NCBI RefSeq assembly: GCF_018398935.1
Contig: NZ_CP074694.1
Location: forward strand, 3,720,001-3,752,000
Direction: 5' to 3'
Length of the DNA stretch: 32,000 bases
From: Telmatocola sphagniphila
GTDB lineage: Bacteria > Planctomycetota > Planctomycetia > Gemmatales > Gemmataceae
Below, in pieces: positions 17,226 to 27,308 of the stretch. Position 1 is the stretch's first letter. Every line of letters starts with the position of its first letter. A model generated the notes under the pieces. That model worked only from the letters and a program-made list of their open reading frames with translations. It made no database searches and was not told the DNA's origin. Position numbers and translations under genes: made by a program.

Positions 17226-18719
17226 ATGCATAAAACTCATGTTTCTATTCAGCGAAGACGAAAATTCTTCCTGCTACTCCCACTCCTGATAGGCTTTTCC
17301 CTAGGATTCGGAGGGCCGTTACGTTACCTGCACGGAAAGACAGTAAACGCTGTGCCGGTGGAATTTAAAGATTTCCAGCAACCTCCCCAGTCTGATATTA
17401 ATACGGCGGCCCGCCAGGTGGCCGAAAAAATACTGGAAGGGATTGCGAAAAAAGACGCCTCATTAATAGCTCGCCACTGCACCACCCCTTTTCTAGGTGG
17501 CTCGCCCCACCTTCAAAAAATTCTGACGAACGAAAAAGATTTGGCTGCTTCCTTGAAAACCGATCTGTGCGAAGGGCCTTACATGCCTTACATGTTCGAG
17601 CCCAAATGGGAGATTACAGCCACCCTGACCCCCGCGGAGTTCAGAAGAGAATACGCGGACTATTTGACTATGGATCCGGAGACTCTGAAAGCACTGGAAA
17701 AACTCAAACTCACAGCCAGGGATCGGGTCGTCGTCGAAAAACGGCGGGGAATGCTCGTCCTAGTCCGTTCCGATAAGGGTGGTTCGCGAGCCATAGGTAT
17801 CGTGACACTCGGTTTCGGCCCACCCCCTTTCAAACTCACCCGGGATGTCATCTACCGCCGGCGACATGGTGTGGCTTTGACTCTTTCAGTTGTGCAACCT
17901 CCCAAAAATGCCAACGGAGCGGCCATTATTCTGCCAATCAATGACAGTTTTGTCTCGTTTCCGAGGCCTTTTAACGCAATGGGATTAGGCACTCGCCAGC
18001 AAGGTTTGTTGGATGCCGGGTTTACATTGATCTTTGTCACGCCCGGCAGCGCCCCCAAACATACTATCCCAGAAATTCTCAGCGATATTCACACGGCGGT
18101 AAAGTATGTTCGATATAACGCGGATCAGTTTCAGATCGATCCCGACCGGCTGGCCATCATGGGCGCAAGTTCCGGCGGATATATATCTCTGATGCTCGGT
18201 TTAGCCGATGGGAAAGGGCCAACTTTTCCTCCCGATTCAGATCCCAGCCAGGTTTTCGTCAAATACGATCCACTCGAAAATGTTTCCAGTCGGGTCCAGG
18301 CTGTTATCAGCATGTGTCCGCCTACGGATTGGCTGAACTACGGGGAAAAAGGGAAATCGGTTCTGGAATTCCCGCTTTTTCAGCCCTATGTGGGACTCTT
18401 GGATCTTTATGAATACGATCTTCGCCGCAATGGTTACAACAAGATTTCGGATCGAGAAAAGCATCTCCAGGAACTTAAGAAACTGTCTCCCGTGCATCTG
18501 GCCACGGCCAAAGCCGCTCCCATTATGTTCATCCATGGGGACAAAGACCTGAACGTGCCGATCCAGCATTCTATTTCCATGCATGAGGAACTTAAGAAAG
18601 TCGGAGCCCAATCGGAACTTATCACAAAAGTCGGCGCGGACCACGGCTGGCCGGAAACCGTCGAGGAAACGGCCATGATGGTGAAATGGCTGAACGAAAG
18701 GATGCCGGCAAAGAAGTGA
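17226..18719 (+). CDS. exported alpha/beta-fold hydrolase (esterase/peptidase-like) with an unknown N-terminal domain
   Basis: N-terminal signal/anchor sequence (RRRKFFLLLPLLIGFSLGFG). The C-terminal half has the nucleophile elbow 'IMGASSGGY', 'FIHGDKDLNVP' and 'GADHGW'. Confidence 0.75.
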   Translation: MHKTHVSIQRRRKFFLLLPLLIGFSLGFGGPLRYLHGKTVNAVPVEFKDFQQPPQSDINTAARQVAEKILEGIAKKDASLIARHCTTPFLGGSPHLQKILTNEKDLAASLKTDLCEGPYMPYMFEPKWEITATLTPAEFRREYADYLTMDPETLKALEKLKLTARDRVVVEKRRGMLVLVRSDKGGSRAIGIVTLGFGPPPFKLTRDVIYRRRHGVALTLSVVQPPKNANGAAIILPINDSFVSFPRPFNAMGLGTRQQGLLDAGFTLIFVTPGSAPKHTIPEILSDIHTAVKYVRYNADQFQIDPDRLAIMGASSGGYISLMLGLADGKGPTFPPDSDPSQVFVKYDPLENVSSRVQAVISMCPPTDWLNYGEKGKSVLEFPLFQPYVGLLDLYEYDLRRNGYNKISDREKHLQELKKLSPVHLATAKAAPIMFIHGDKDLNVPIQHSISMHEELKKVGAQSELITKVGADHGWPETVEETAMMVKWLNERMPAKK

Positions 18720-18829
18720 AAGATTTGATGACAGTAAATATCTCGCCCGCTGATTTATCTTCCCGGGCGAACCGCATTAAAACTCAGAGTCTGATTTAAG
18801 TTTGTAAATCCATCGTCGCTTCATTCCGG

Positions 18830-19459
18830 TTACTCTCCCGGCTCCTGCTCAAAGAATCGCTCAATTCGTTTATCGGGAATGAACCAGATGAAGGCGACGA
18901 GCAAGTAGATCCCACAAGCAATCCAGGAATCGACGAATGCCAGGATGATGGCCAGAAGATATAACCCCAGCGACACCCAGCCCTTAATATCCCTTCCCAT
19001 CGCGGCGGCCAGCGTCGAATCATAGCCGTGATTTTCGATCAGCACATAGATCAGAATTTTCCAGGAGGAGGCCGCAAGTAACAGCACTACACCGTAGACC
19101 ACCACCGGCCAGGGGGCGAAATGTGTCACCCCCACCCAGTGGGTAATTACTGGGAACAAAGACAGCCAGAACAGCCCGTGTAAATTCGCCCAGAGAATCG
19201 CCCCATTCACCGACTTCACGGCCTGAAACAAATGGTGATGGTTATTCCAGTAGATTCCGACGTAGATGAAACTGAGAACGTAACCGAGGAAGGTAGGAAT
19301 CAACTCCTTCAGAGAACTCAGACTGGCATCGTGCGGGGCTTTCAACTCCAGAACCATAATGGTGATAATAATCGCAAAAACCCCGTCACTGAAAGCTTCC
19401 AGCCGTCCCTTGCTCATGTTCACGGCCGCTTTACTCGCCGATGTCGAAGGCTCTTCCAC
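18830..19459 (-). CDS. TMEM175 / DUF1211 family putative potassium channel
   Basis: The family signature 'RLEAFSDGVFAIIITIMVLEL' is present along with six hydrophobic segments. The likelier start is M15 (ATG 19417, 'MSKGRLEAFSDG'). Confidence 0.85.
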   Translation of the reverse strand: MEEPSTSASKAAVNMSKGRLEAFSDGVFAIIITIMVLELKAPHDASLSSLKELIPTFLGYVLSFIYVGIYWNNHHHLFQAVKSVNGAILWANLHGLFWLSLFPVITHWVGVTHFAPWPVVVYGVVLLLAASSWKILIYVLIENHGYDSTLAAAMGRDIKGWVSLGLYLLAIILAFVDSWIACGIYLLVAFIWFIPDKRIERFFEQEPGE

Positions 19460-19684
19460 TGTTCCGATCCCCTGAAGTTTTTACCGAACCCAGTCAATCC
19501 TTTCCGGTTAGATAGGGCCATTCCTCGAAACGTGTAGTGGCTGATTTCTGTGGAAAACCCCCGAAATCAAAATTGGGAAAGGTTTCTCATGAGTTGCGGT
19601 ATCCCTAATGGTGATGGGATTAACGGATCGGAACTACTCTTTAAGGCCCGTTCCCTAACTTAATTTGCTTCCGAGACCGAAGCC

Positions 19685-22600
19685 ATGTGGATAGTCCGGC
19701 TAGCCCTCAGGCGAACCTACACCTTTCTCGTTCTGGCGGTTCTGATCGCCGTGATGGGGGCGGTGAGCGCCCGAAAAATGTCAACCGACATTTTCCCGGA
19801 AATCGATATCCCCGTGGTCACGGTGGTATGGTCCTATCAGGGCATGCCGGCGGAGGAAATTGAATCGCGGATTATCCTCGTCACCGAGCGCGTTTTAACG
19901 GCTTCCGTCAACGACATCGAGCATATCGAAAGCCAATCGCTCAATGGCGTGGGCGTAATCCGCATTTTCTTTCAGCAGGGCGCTAAAATCGAAGCGGCCA
20001 CCGCCCAGGTCACGGCCACGTGCCAGACTTTGTTGGTCACGATGCCGCCGGGCATTCAGCCGCCGTTTATCGTTCGCTATAGCGCCACCAGCGTACCGAT
20101 TTTGCAGGTGGCCGTTTCCAGTGACACTTTAAACGAACAGCAAATCTTCGACTATGCCGCCAATTTCGTAATTCAGCGACTGGGTACCGTTCAAGGGGCC
20201 CGGGTGCCGCAACCCTACGGCGGAAAACCCCGCCAGATTATGATCGACCTCGATTTGGATGCTCTCTATTCGCGGGGGCTATCGCCGCAGGATGTCAGCA
20301 CGGCGGTTACGAATCAGAATCTCATCATCCCGGCGGGTACCGCGAAAATTGGCGACACGGAGTACAACGTCCGGTTGAATTCCAGTCCGGATCTGGTGGA
20401 CCAATTCAATTTTCTGCCCATTCGCACTGTTAATGGCGTACCCATATACCTGAAAAACGTCGCCGAGGTTCGCGATGGATTCGCCGTCCAAACCAATGTG
20501 GTGCGAAGAGATGGACATCGCGCCGTATTAATGACCATCCTTAAGGGAGAAGGAGCTTCGACGCTCGATGTCGTCCGCAATGTGAAAGCAGCGCTGCCAG
20601 GCATTCAGGACCAATTGCCCCCGGAGTTGAAACTCGATTTACTCTTCGACCAATCGGTTTTCGTCTCGGCGGCCGTGAATGGGGTTCTCAAAGAGGGGGC
20701 GATTGCCGCCGGGCTGACGGCCCTGATGATCCTGCTGTTTCTCGGCTCCTGGCGCAGCACCCTGATTGTGGCGATTTCGATTCCGCTTTCCATTCTCGTG
20801 TCGATTAGTTGTCTCTGGGCTTTCGGCTACACCCTGAACATTATGACGCTTGGCGGCATGTCCTTGGCCGTGGGAATTCTGGTTGATGATGCGACGGTGG
20901 AAATCGAAAACGTACATCGCAACCTGGGGATGAAAAAAGAATTGCGGCATGCCATACTGGATGGCGCCGCGCAGATCGCCGTGCCCGCTTTCGTTGCGAC
21001 TCTGTCGATTTGTATCGTCTTTATTCCGATTCTATTTCTGACGGGGACAGTCGCGTTTCTGTTCATACCGCTCGCTCTGGCGGTCGTCTTCGCCATGCTG
21101 GCTTCGTACCTTCTATCGCGTACTCTGATCCCAACGCTCGTCCTTTTTCTACTGCCCGAGGAAGCGAAACTTTATGCGGAAGGCCATGAGGGTCATGCCA
21201 GCGGAGGCCGGGGACCGATCTGGTGGATGCACCGCATCTTTAACAATCTGTTCGAGCGATTTCGCAGCACCTATCAGCGGGCCCTTGCCTGGTGCCTCCA
21301 AAATCGGGCGATGACAGTCGTGGGCATGATGGGATTTGCCCTGGGCACGTTTCTGCTGGAGCCGCTTATCGGTCGCGATTTTTTCCCGACGGTGGACGCC
21401 GGGCAGTTCCGCCTGCATGTGCGAGCCCCGGCTGGGACCCGCATTGAAGAGACCGAACGAATTTTCGGTCAGGTCGAGGAAGCAATCCGAAAAATCGTGC
21501 CCGATGAGGAGCGTGAACTGATTCTGGATAACATGGGGCTTTCCTCGTTCCTGACTCCCATTGCTTACAACGACAATGGCACAGTGAGCGCGGCGGATGG
21601 AGAAATCTTCGTGGCCCTGAAACCGGTACATGCGCCGGTGGCTCAATATCTCAAGAAACTTCGCGAAGAATTGCCGAAGCAATTTCCCGATGTGATCTTC
21701 TACTTTCAGCCGGCCGATATCGTGGGGCAGGTATTGAATTTCGGCAAACCGGCTCCGTTTAACATTCAGGTCGTGGGAGTTAGCCGGGAAGCCAATCTGG
21801 CGATCGCGCAGAAGCTAAAAACCGAGATTGCCGCTATTCCGGGAATGGTCGATGTGCACATTCATCAGGTCACGGATTCGCCCGATTTGCGCATCGACGT
21901 CGATCGTATCCTAGCCAATGAAATGATGATCACGCAAAGTGATGTGGCCCGCAGTATTCTGGTCTCTTTGAGTTCCACCAGCCAGACTTCCCCGAATTTC
22001 TGGGTGAATCCCTCCAATCGAGTCAATTATCGCGTGGCCGTGCAAACACCTCAGAGTCGAATCGATTCGTTGCAGAGTTTGATGAACACACCGGTCACTA
22101 TTCCCGAACAGTCTGCGCCACAGCTTCTGGCAAATCTCGCGGATGTGCGCCGGGCCACTTCGGCCGCCGTCGTCAACCATTACAACATTCAAACGGTCTA
22201 CGAGGTTTACGCCAACGTGCAGGGCCGGGATTTGGAATCGGCCCAACGCGAGGTGGAAAAAGTTCTCGCCCGAACTCGGCCAGAACTACCGCGCGGCAGT
22301 ACGATTGCAGTTCGCGGGCAGATTGAAAGCATGAACGATTCCTTTCAGGGATTGGCCGGAGGATTGCTCTTCGCGATTCTCCTGGTTTATCTGCTGATGG
22401 TCGTTAATTTCCAAAGCTGGATCGATCCGTTCATCATTCTGACCGCTCTTCCCGGAGCGCTCGCGGGTATCCTCTGGGCGCTGTTCGCAACTCACACGGA
22501 TGTCAGCGTACCCGCTCTGATGGGCGCCATCATGTGCGTGGGGGTGGCAACTTCGAATTCCATTCTGATGGTCACCTTTGCGAACGATAAGCGAATCGAA

Positions 22601-22852
22601 GGATTGTCCGCTATCGATGCGGCCTTCGCGGCTGGTTCGACTCGACTTCGTCCCGTGGTCATGACCGCCACGGCCATGATCATCGGCATGTTACCCATGA
22701 GTCTGGGCCTAAGCGAAGGCGGCGAACAGAATGCTCCGCTCGGTAGGGCCGTTATCGGCGGACTGCTGGTGGCTACAGCGTTCACGCTCTTGTTCGTTCC
22801 CGTGACCTACAGCCTGTTGCGACGCACGGCCCCCGTACCACCAATCGAATAA
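19685..22852 (+). CDS. RND efflux transporter permease (AcrB/HAE1-type)
   Basis: 1055 aa with 12-TM and two-large-loop RND architecture. Typical N-terminus 'RRTYTFLVLAVLIAVMGAVSARKMSTDIFPEIDIPVVTV' and 'DDATVEIENVHR'. Confidence 0.95.
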   Translation: MWIVRLALRRTYTFLVLAVLIAVMGAVSARKMSTDIFPEIDIPVVTVVWSYQGMPAEEIESRIILVTERVLTASVNDIEHIESQSLNGVGVIRIFFQQGAKIEAATAQVTATCQTLLVTMPPGIQPPFIVRYSATSVPILQVAVSSDTLNEQQIFDYAANFVIQRLGTVQGARVPQPYGGKPRQIMIDLDLDALYSRGLSPQDVSTAVTNQNLIIPAGTAKIGDTEYNVRLNSSPDLVDQFNFLPIRTVNGVPIYLKNVAEVRDGFAVQTNVVRRDGHRAVLMTILKGEGASTLDVVRNVKAALPGIQDQLPPELKLDLLFDQSVFVSAAVNGVLKEGAIAAGLTALMILLFLGSWRSTLIVAISIPLSILVSISCLWAFGYTLNIMTLGGMSLAVGILVDDATVEIENVHRNLGMKKELRHAILDGAAQIAVPAFVATLSICIVFIPILFLTGTVAFLFIPLALAVVFAMLASYLLSRTLIPTLVLFLLPEEAKLYAEGHEGHASGGRGPIWWMHRIFNNLFERFRSTYQRALAWCLQNRAMTVVGMMGFALGTFLLEPLIGRDFFPTVDAGQFRLHVRAPAGTRIEETERIFGQVEEAIRKIVPDEERELILDNMGLSSFLTPIAYNDNGTVSAADGEIFVALKPVHAPVAQYLKKLREELPKQFPDVIFYFQPADIVGQVLNFGKPAPFNIQVVGVSREANLAIAQKLKTEIAAIPGMVDVHIHQVTDSPDLRIDVDRILANEMMITQSDVARSILVSLSSTSQTSPNFWVNPSNRVNYRVAVQTPQSRIDSLQSLMNTPVTIPEQSAPQLLANLADVRRATSAAVVNHYNIQTVYEVYANVQGRDLESAQREVEKVLARTRPELPRGSTIAVRGQIESMNDSFQGLAGGLLFAILLVYLLMVVNFQSWIDPFIILTALPGALAGILWALFATHTDVSVPALMGAIMCVGVATSNSILMVTFANDKRIEGLSAIDAAFAAGSTRLRPVVMTATAMIIGMLPMSLGLSEGGEQNAPLGRAVIGGLLVATAFTLLFVPVTYSLLRRTAPVPPIE

Positions 22853-22879
22853 TTCAGGAGCTAGACTCCGAGGACTAGG

Positions 22880-24148
22880 ATGAGCCAGCAAGAGTTACCT
22901 AAAAACGAGAAGCCACCGGAAGTTCGGAAGGAAGAGCTTCCCAAACCCGAGCCTTTACCTAAAGGCGGGCTGGGAGTCGTTGCCGGGCTGGTTGTTCTGG
23001 CCGGCGGACTGTTTGTCGGTCTCTACTTCATCGGGGAGGTACCTTATAAACGGCAGCAGGATGAACTGCGAAAACAAGCCTCCATGATGGCCGCCACGCC
23101 CCGAGTCGCCGTCGTTAAAGCACACCGAATCCCCGGTGAGGCGGAAAGACTCTTGCCCGGAAGTACCTCCGCCTGGTTCGAAACGGCCATCTTCGCCCGA
23201 ACCAACGGCTATTTAAAACGACGCCTGGTCGATATTGGCGATGTCGTCACGGAAGGTCAATTGCTCGCCGAGATTGAGACTCCCGAGCTAGGGGATCAAC
23301 TGGATCAAGCGAAATCGACCATGACTTTGCACAAGGCTACCCTGGAAAAAAATGAAGCCAACCTGGCGCTGGCGAAAGCCAACGAAGCGCGCAATCGCAA
23401 AATCCTGACCACGGGTGCCATTTCGAAGGAAGAATACGACACCGTGAAAGCTACACTGGAAGTTTCCGCGGCGACTATTGGCGAGTCCAAAGCCCAGATC
23501 CTCGTCGATCAGGCGAACATCCAGAGGCTGACTGATTTGCTCAGCTTTCAAAAAGTCTTCGCTCCGTTTCGAGGAACGATTACCGCCCGGAACATCGACG
23601 TGGGAGCCTTGATCGTCGCCGATAATCCGACCGCCGCCAAGGAGCTCTTTCATATCATGCAGATCGATCCGATCAAGGTAGTAGTCGACGTCCCCCAGGC
23701 ATTTGCGGCCGGTATTCATCCCGGAATCGAAGCCAGTGTCACCCGCCGCGAGGACCCGAACCGACCTTATAAAGCGGTTGTCGATCGCACCAGCGAATCG
23801 CTTGCCCAGCAGACCAGGACTTTACATACGGAGTTGAGAATTCCCAATAAAGATCGTTCTTTACTGCCGGGAATGTATGTGCTGGTTAATTTCCGGTTCA
23901 CCCGCGAGTTCAAGCCAGTGGTTGTGCCGGTCGCTTCCATCATCACTCGCTCGAATGGGTTATCGGTGGCGATTCTGGGAAAAAACAATGCCGTCACTTA
24001 TAAGAAAGTTCAGCTCGGCCGGGATTACGGCTCGGAAGTGGAAGTGCTCAGCGGGCTCGAAGGCGATGAGACTGTGATCATTCGACCCGGGGATGATCTT
24101 CCAGAGGGCACTGTTGTGGAACCGGTCGATTCGAGCTCGTCGAAATAA
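22880..24148 (+). CDS. RND efflux periplasmic adaptor (membrane fusion protein)
   Basis: 422 aa with an N-terminal TM anchor. It has a lipoyl/hairpin region 'GQLLAEIETPELGDQLDQAKS' and a beta-barrel region 'VFAPFRGTITARNIDVGALI'. Confidence 0.9.
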   Translation: MSQQELPKNEKPPEVRKEELPKPEPLPKGGLGVVAGLVVLAGGLFVGLYFIGEVPYKRQQDELRKQASMMAATPRVAVVKAHRIPGEAERLLPGSTSAWFETAIFARTNGYLKRRLVDIGDVVTEGQLLAEIETPELGDQLDQAKSTMTLHKATLEKNEANLALAKANEARNRKILTTGAISKEEYDTVKATLEVSAATIGESKAQILVDQANIQRLTDLLSFQKVFAPFRGTITARNIDVGALIVADNPTAAKELFHIMQIDPIKVVVDVPQAFAAGIHPGIEASVTRREDPNRPYKAVVDRTSESLAQQTRTLHTELRIPNKDRSLLPGMYVLVNFRFTREFKPVVVPVASIITRSNGLSVAILGKNNAVTYKKVQLGRDYGSEVEVLSGLEGDETVIIRPGDDLPEGTVVEPVDSSSSK

Positions 24149-24154
24149 AGGGTG

Positions 24155-24973
24155 TTAAACCAACTTTTCACAACAGATCAGAAATCCGTACGCTCGCAGC
24201 CGTTTTGCCCAGCCGAGCTTGAAAGTTCCATCTAGGCGGGTTGAAATTGGCTTGAAGTCGCGGATTTTAAACCCGGCTTCGCGAAGATCTTTCTCGATCT
24301 CTGTCACTGAAAAGTGATGAAGCGTAAGCTTCGCTCCACCCCAGATTTGCGGCATCGGATATTCGCCCGGCTCCTGACCTCGCAAAGATCGCATCCCATC
24401 GCGAATTGCCCAGGGCAGGCCCACCAATCGAAAAAGATGGTAACCGCGATTGTGAGCATGCAGCACGAATTTGCCATCGGGTTTTAAAATTCGGTGAACG
24501 TGCTTTAAAAACGTCTGCCGATTCTCCCGACCTCGAATCATGCCCCAGGTACTGAATAAGCAGCCGGCATAGTCGAACTGTTCCGCCGGTGTATCATCCA
24601 GTTCCACTAGATTTTTTTCGAGATAATCGATCTTCAGCCCGCGTGCCTCGGCCTTCTGTTTCACCTGCTCCAGCATCGCGGCGGACAGATCTAGGGCCGT
24701 GCACTGATAGCCGCGGGCAGCAAACAGCAGAGCCAGCCGGCCAGTGCCGCAACCTAAATCGATGAGAGTCCCCGGTTGCGAAAATTGCTGTTCGCAGTAT
24801 TGCAAATCGAATTCCAGCAACGGTGTGCCGGCCAAGGAGGTATCGTAGGTCCGTGCCAGTTCCGGATTATGAGTGTAGTCCCACACGCCGCGGTCGGTAC
24901 CGGGCGGCAATTGCCAGTCTGGAATCATACTCTGAATAGTATCAATTGCCCGGGGAGCGATCATGCGGAACAA
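24155..24973 (-). CDS. class I SAM-dependent methyltransferase
   Basis: Motif I 'LIDLGCGTGRLALLFAARG' and post-I 'ALDLSAAML'. The start is uncertain (M1, M4 or M16). Confidence 0.85.
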   Translation of the reverse strand: MFRMIAPRAIDTIQSMIPDWQLPPGTDRGVWDYTHNPELARTYDTSLAGTPLLEFDLQYCEQQFSQPGTLIDLGCGTGRLALLFAARGYQCTALDLSAAMLEQVKQKAEARGLKIDYLEKNLVELDDTPAEQFDYAGCLFSTWGMIRGRENRQTFLKHVHRILKPDGKFVLHAHNRGYHLFRLVGLPWAIRDGMRSLRGQEPGEYPMPQIWGGAKLTLHHFSVTEIEKDLREAGFKIRDFKPISTRLDGTFKLGWAKRLRAYGFLICCEKLV

Positions 24974-26312
24974 TTCGGTTCGGATTCGCGAGGTTCAGTA
25001 CCAGACCGAAGATTTTGCCTATCGAACACCGATCAAATTCGGCGGAGTGGCCCTCGACCGAGCGACGATTCTGAATGTGCAAATTTGCATCGAATCGGCG
25101 GATGGCTTGAAAACGGCCGAGGGATTCGGCTCCATGCCGTTGGGTAACGTCTGGTCGTTTCCTTCGAAAAAAATGGGCTATGCCGATACCCTGGCGGTCA
25201 TGCGAAAGCTGATTGTAATAATCGCGAAAATTACCAAGGAATGCTCCGTCGCCGGCCATCCGATTGATATCACGCATGCCCTGGAACCCGATTATTTTCG
25301 AGCGGCTGAGGAGTTGTCGCCCGAGTTTCCCGATCCCATTCCACCGCTGGCAACTCTGGTTTGTGCCAGTGCCTTCGATGCCGCTTTGCACGATGCCTAT
25401 GGGAAACTTTTCGGCCTCAACTGCTATTACACTTATGGACCTGATTTTGTGCCGCACGATTTGGGATATTATCTTGATGAGGAATTTAACGGCATTCGAG
25501 TCGATGCCTGCATCACACAGGCTCCGCAGCCGCGGATGCCGCTTTATCATCTGGTTGGGGCCCTCGATCCTCTGACGAGGGAAGATGTTCAAAAACCGGT
25601 CGGTGATGGTCTGCCGGAAACTCTGGAGGAATGGATTCCTTTTAATGGTCTGACCCACTTCAAAATCAAATTGAACGGAGAAGATCTTAACTGGGATGTA
25701 CAGCGCGTTCTTACGGTCAATCGAGTTTGTGAAAAAGTTCAATCTGCTCGCGGAATCGAGCACTATTTCTACTCGCTCGATTTCAACGAGAAGTGCGAGA
25801 ATGTGCAGTATTTGCTGGCCGTTTTGCACAAGATTCGGGAGAACTCTCCCGTCGCATTCGAGCGCATCCAGTACATCGAACAGCCGACGAAGCGAGATCT
25901 GCGCGGCGATGCGCAAAACCGCATGCATGAGGCGGCGAAACTCAAACCGGTCGTTATTGATGAAGCCTTGTTAGGACTGGAAAGCTTAAGCTTGGCGAGA
26001 GATCTGGGATATACCGGCGTGGCCTTGAAAGCCTGCAAGGGACAAACGCAATCGTTGTTGATGGCTGGCGCGGCCCGACATCTGAAAATGTTTCTCTGCG
26101 TTCAGGATTTGACCTGCCCCGGCGCTTCGCTCATTCACTCGGCGGGCCTGGCCGCTCACGTTAAAGGGGTCGCGGCCATCGAAGCGAATGCTCGTCAATA
26201 TTTTCCCTCCGCGAATAAACCCTGGGAATTGAAGTTCCCCGGGATTTTTCAGATTCACGACGGCACTATGAAGACGGCGGAATTAATCGGCCTCGGTTTA
26301 GGGGCTGTATAA
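24963..26312 (+). CDS. enolase-superfamily enzyme (MLE-subgroup-like), substrate unknown
   Basis: Barrel residues occur in canonical order: KxK 'HFKIKLNG', metal ligands 'SLDFNE', 'YIEQP' and 'VVIDEAL', and the second Lys 'VALKACKG'. Confidence 0.7.
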   Translation: MRNNSVRIREVQYQTEDFAYRTPIKFGGVALDRATILNVQICIESADGLKTAEGFGSMPLGNVWSFPSKKMGYADTLAVMRKLIVIIAKITKECSVAGHPIDITHALEPDYFRAAEELSPEFPDPIPPLATLVCASAFDAALHDAYGKLFGLNCYYTYGPDFVPHDLGYYLDEEFNGIRVDACITQAPQPRMPLYHLVGALDPLTREDVQKPVGDGLPETLEEWIPFNGLTHFKIKLNGEDLNWDVQRVLTVNRVCEKVQSARGIEHYFYSLDFNEKCENVQYLLAVLHKIRENSPVAFERIQYIEQPTKRDLRGDAQNRMHEAAKLKPVVIDEALLGLESLSLARDLGYTGVALKACKGQTQSLLMAGAARHLKMFLCVQDLTCPGASLIHSAGLAAHVKGVAAIEANARQYFPSANKPWELKFPGIFQIHDGTMKTAELIGLGLGAV

Positions 26313-26318
26313 ACCCGA

Positions 26319-27308
26319 TTAATCCAACTTGGCCGACGGCGGCAGCAGATCGAGGTCCTTTTCACCCCGGCCCAGCACCTTGGCCCATTCGCCATAGGCC
26401 GGGTTGGGAAGAATTATCCAACTCTGGCCCCAGCGATTCTCTTTATCCACCTGCATCTTCCGCTGTTCCACCGCCGTCTTGATCTCTTGGTCCGTATTCT
26501 TGCTGCTCACAGACATCTTGAAGCGTTCGTCGAAATCCCGCAAGTTGTCTCCAAAATAGAGGATCACGTTATAATCCTTCTCCACAAGTTTTCTCCGATC
26601 CGTTTTGTCGCTGGTCTTCGTTGCGCATAATAGCTGCTCGGCCGGTACGCCAATCTGCAATCGCTTCAGCAGCTTTAACGTGTTTTCCTTATATTTTTCA
26701 TTGCGGTTGGTGATGTAATAGATTTTTACATTCATCTTCTGCGCGTATTGAATGAATTCCTTGGCACCGGTGATCAACTTGACATCATCCCCGCAGCGTT
26801 CTTCGAACAGGTCCCACTTCTTCTGATCGTAAGCCAGTTTGTTGTGAAGTTCATAGGATTGAAAAGCTCCGTTATCCAGGACGGTTTCGTCCAGATCCAT
26901 GATTATGGCAGCTGGTCGTTCTGATTTGGGACCGTTTAAGCCGAAGCCGAAAGGATTAGTTGTGCCGTTTGAGTTGCCTGAGATACCACTTCCTCCAGTG
27001 CCTGTGAAATTCCCGCCTAGACCAGGATCCATTATCGATCCATTAATCTGAAATCGGAAATATGCGTTTAAGCGATTTAGACCCAGCTGATATGCCTGAA
27101 TGCAGCACGCTCGATACTCCGCCGAGATCTGCATGTACAAATTCGCGTCCAGCCCTCGATGCGGCGGCGACTCCAACGCTACTTTCTTAACGGCGGGCGG
27201 TTCAGCCTTCTCCTGAGCCACCATCGGCCAGGCCACCATGCAGGCCATCCCGGCCAGAAAACTCAGCAAACAGGGCAAAAACTTCCGTACAGAAATACAA
27301 CAATTCAT
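26319..27308 (-). CDS. HAD-superfamily acid phosphatase / 5'-nucleotidase, lipoprotein e(P4)-like
   Basis: Signal peptide followed by 'IIMDLDETVLDNGAFQ' (DDDD motif), 'YYITNRNE' and 'YFGDNLRDF'. Confidence 0.8.
   Translation of the reverse strand: MNCCISVRKFLPCLLSFLAGMACMVAWPMVAQEKAEPPAVKKVALESPPHRGLDANLYMQISAEYRACCIQAYQLGLNRLNAYFRFQINGSIMDPGLGGNFTGTGGSGISGNSNGTTNPFGFGLNGPKSERPAAIIMDLDETVLDNGAFQSYELHNKLAYDQKKWDLFEERCGDDVKLITGAKEFIQYAQKMNVKIYYITNRNEKYKENTLKLLKRLQIGVPAEQLLCATKTSDKTDRRKLVEKDYNVILYFGDNLRDFDERFKMSVSSKNTDQEIKTAVEQRKMQVDKENRWGQSWIILPNPAYGEWAKVLGRGEKDLDLLPPSAKLD

Noticed and set aside
21149-22891. Minus-strand and alternative-frame ORFs inside the RND gene (for example 21149..21682, 21911..22246, 22492..22785)
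   Set aside because: They overlap a 1055-aa RND permease with full-length family similarity, so they are shadow ORFs.
24942-25928. 328-aa minus-strand ORF
   Set aside because: It is long, but it is antisense to the ORF carrying the ordered enolase-superfamily catalytic residues. It has no motif or start context of its own.
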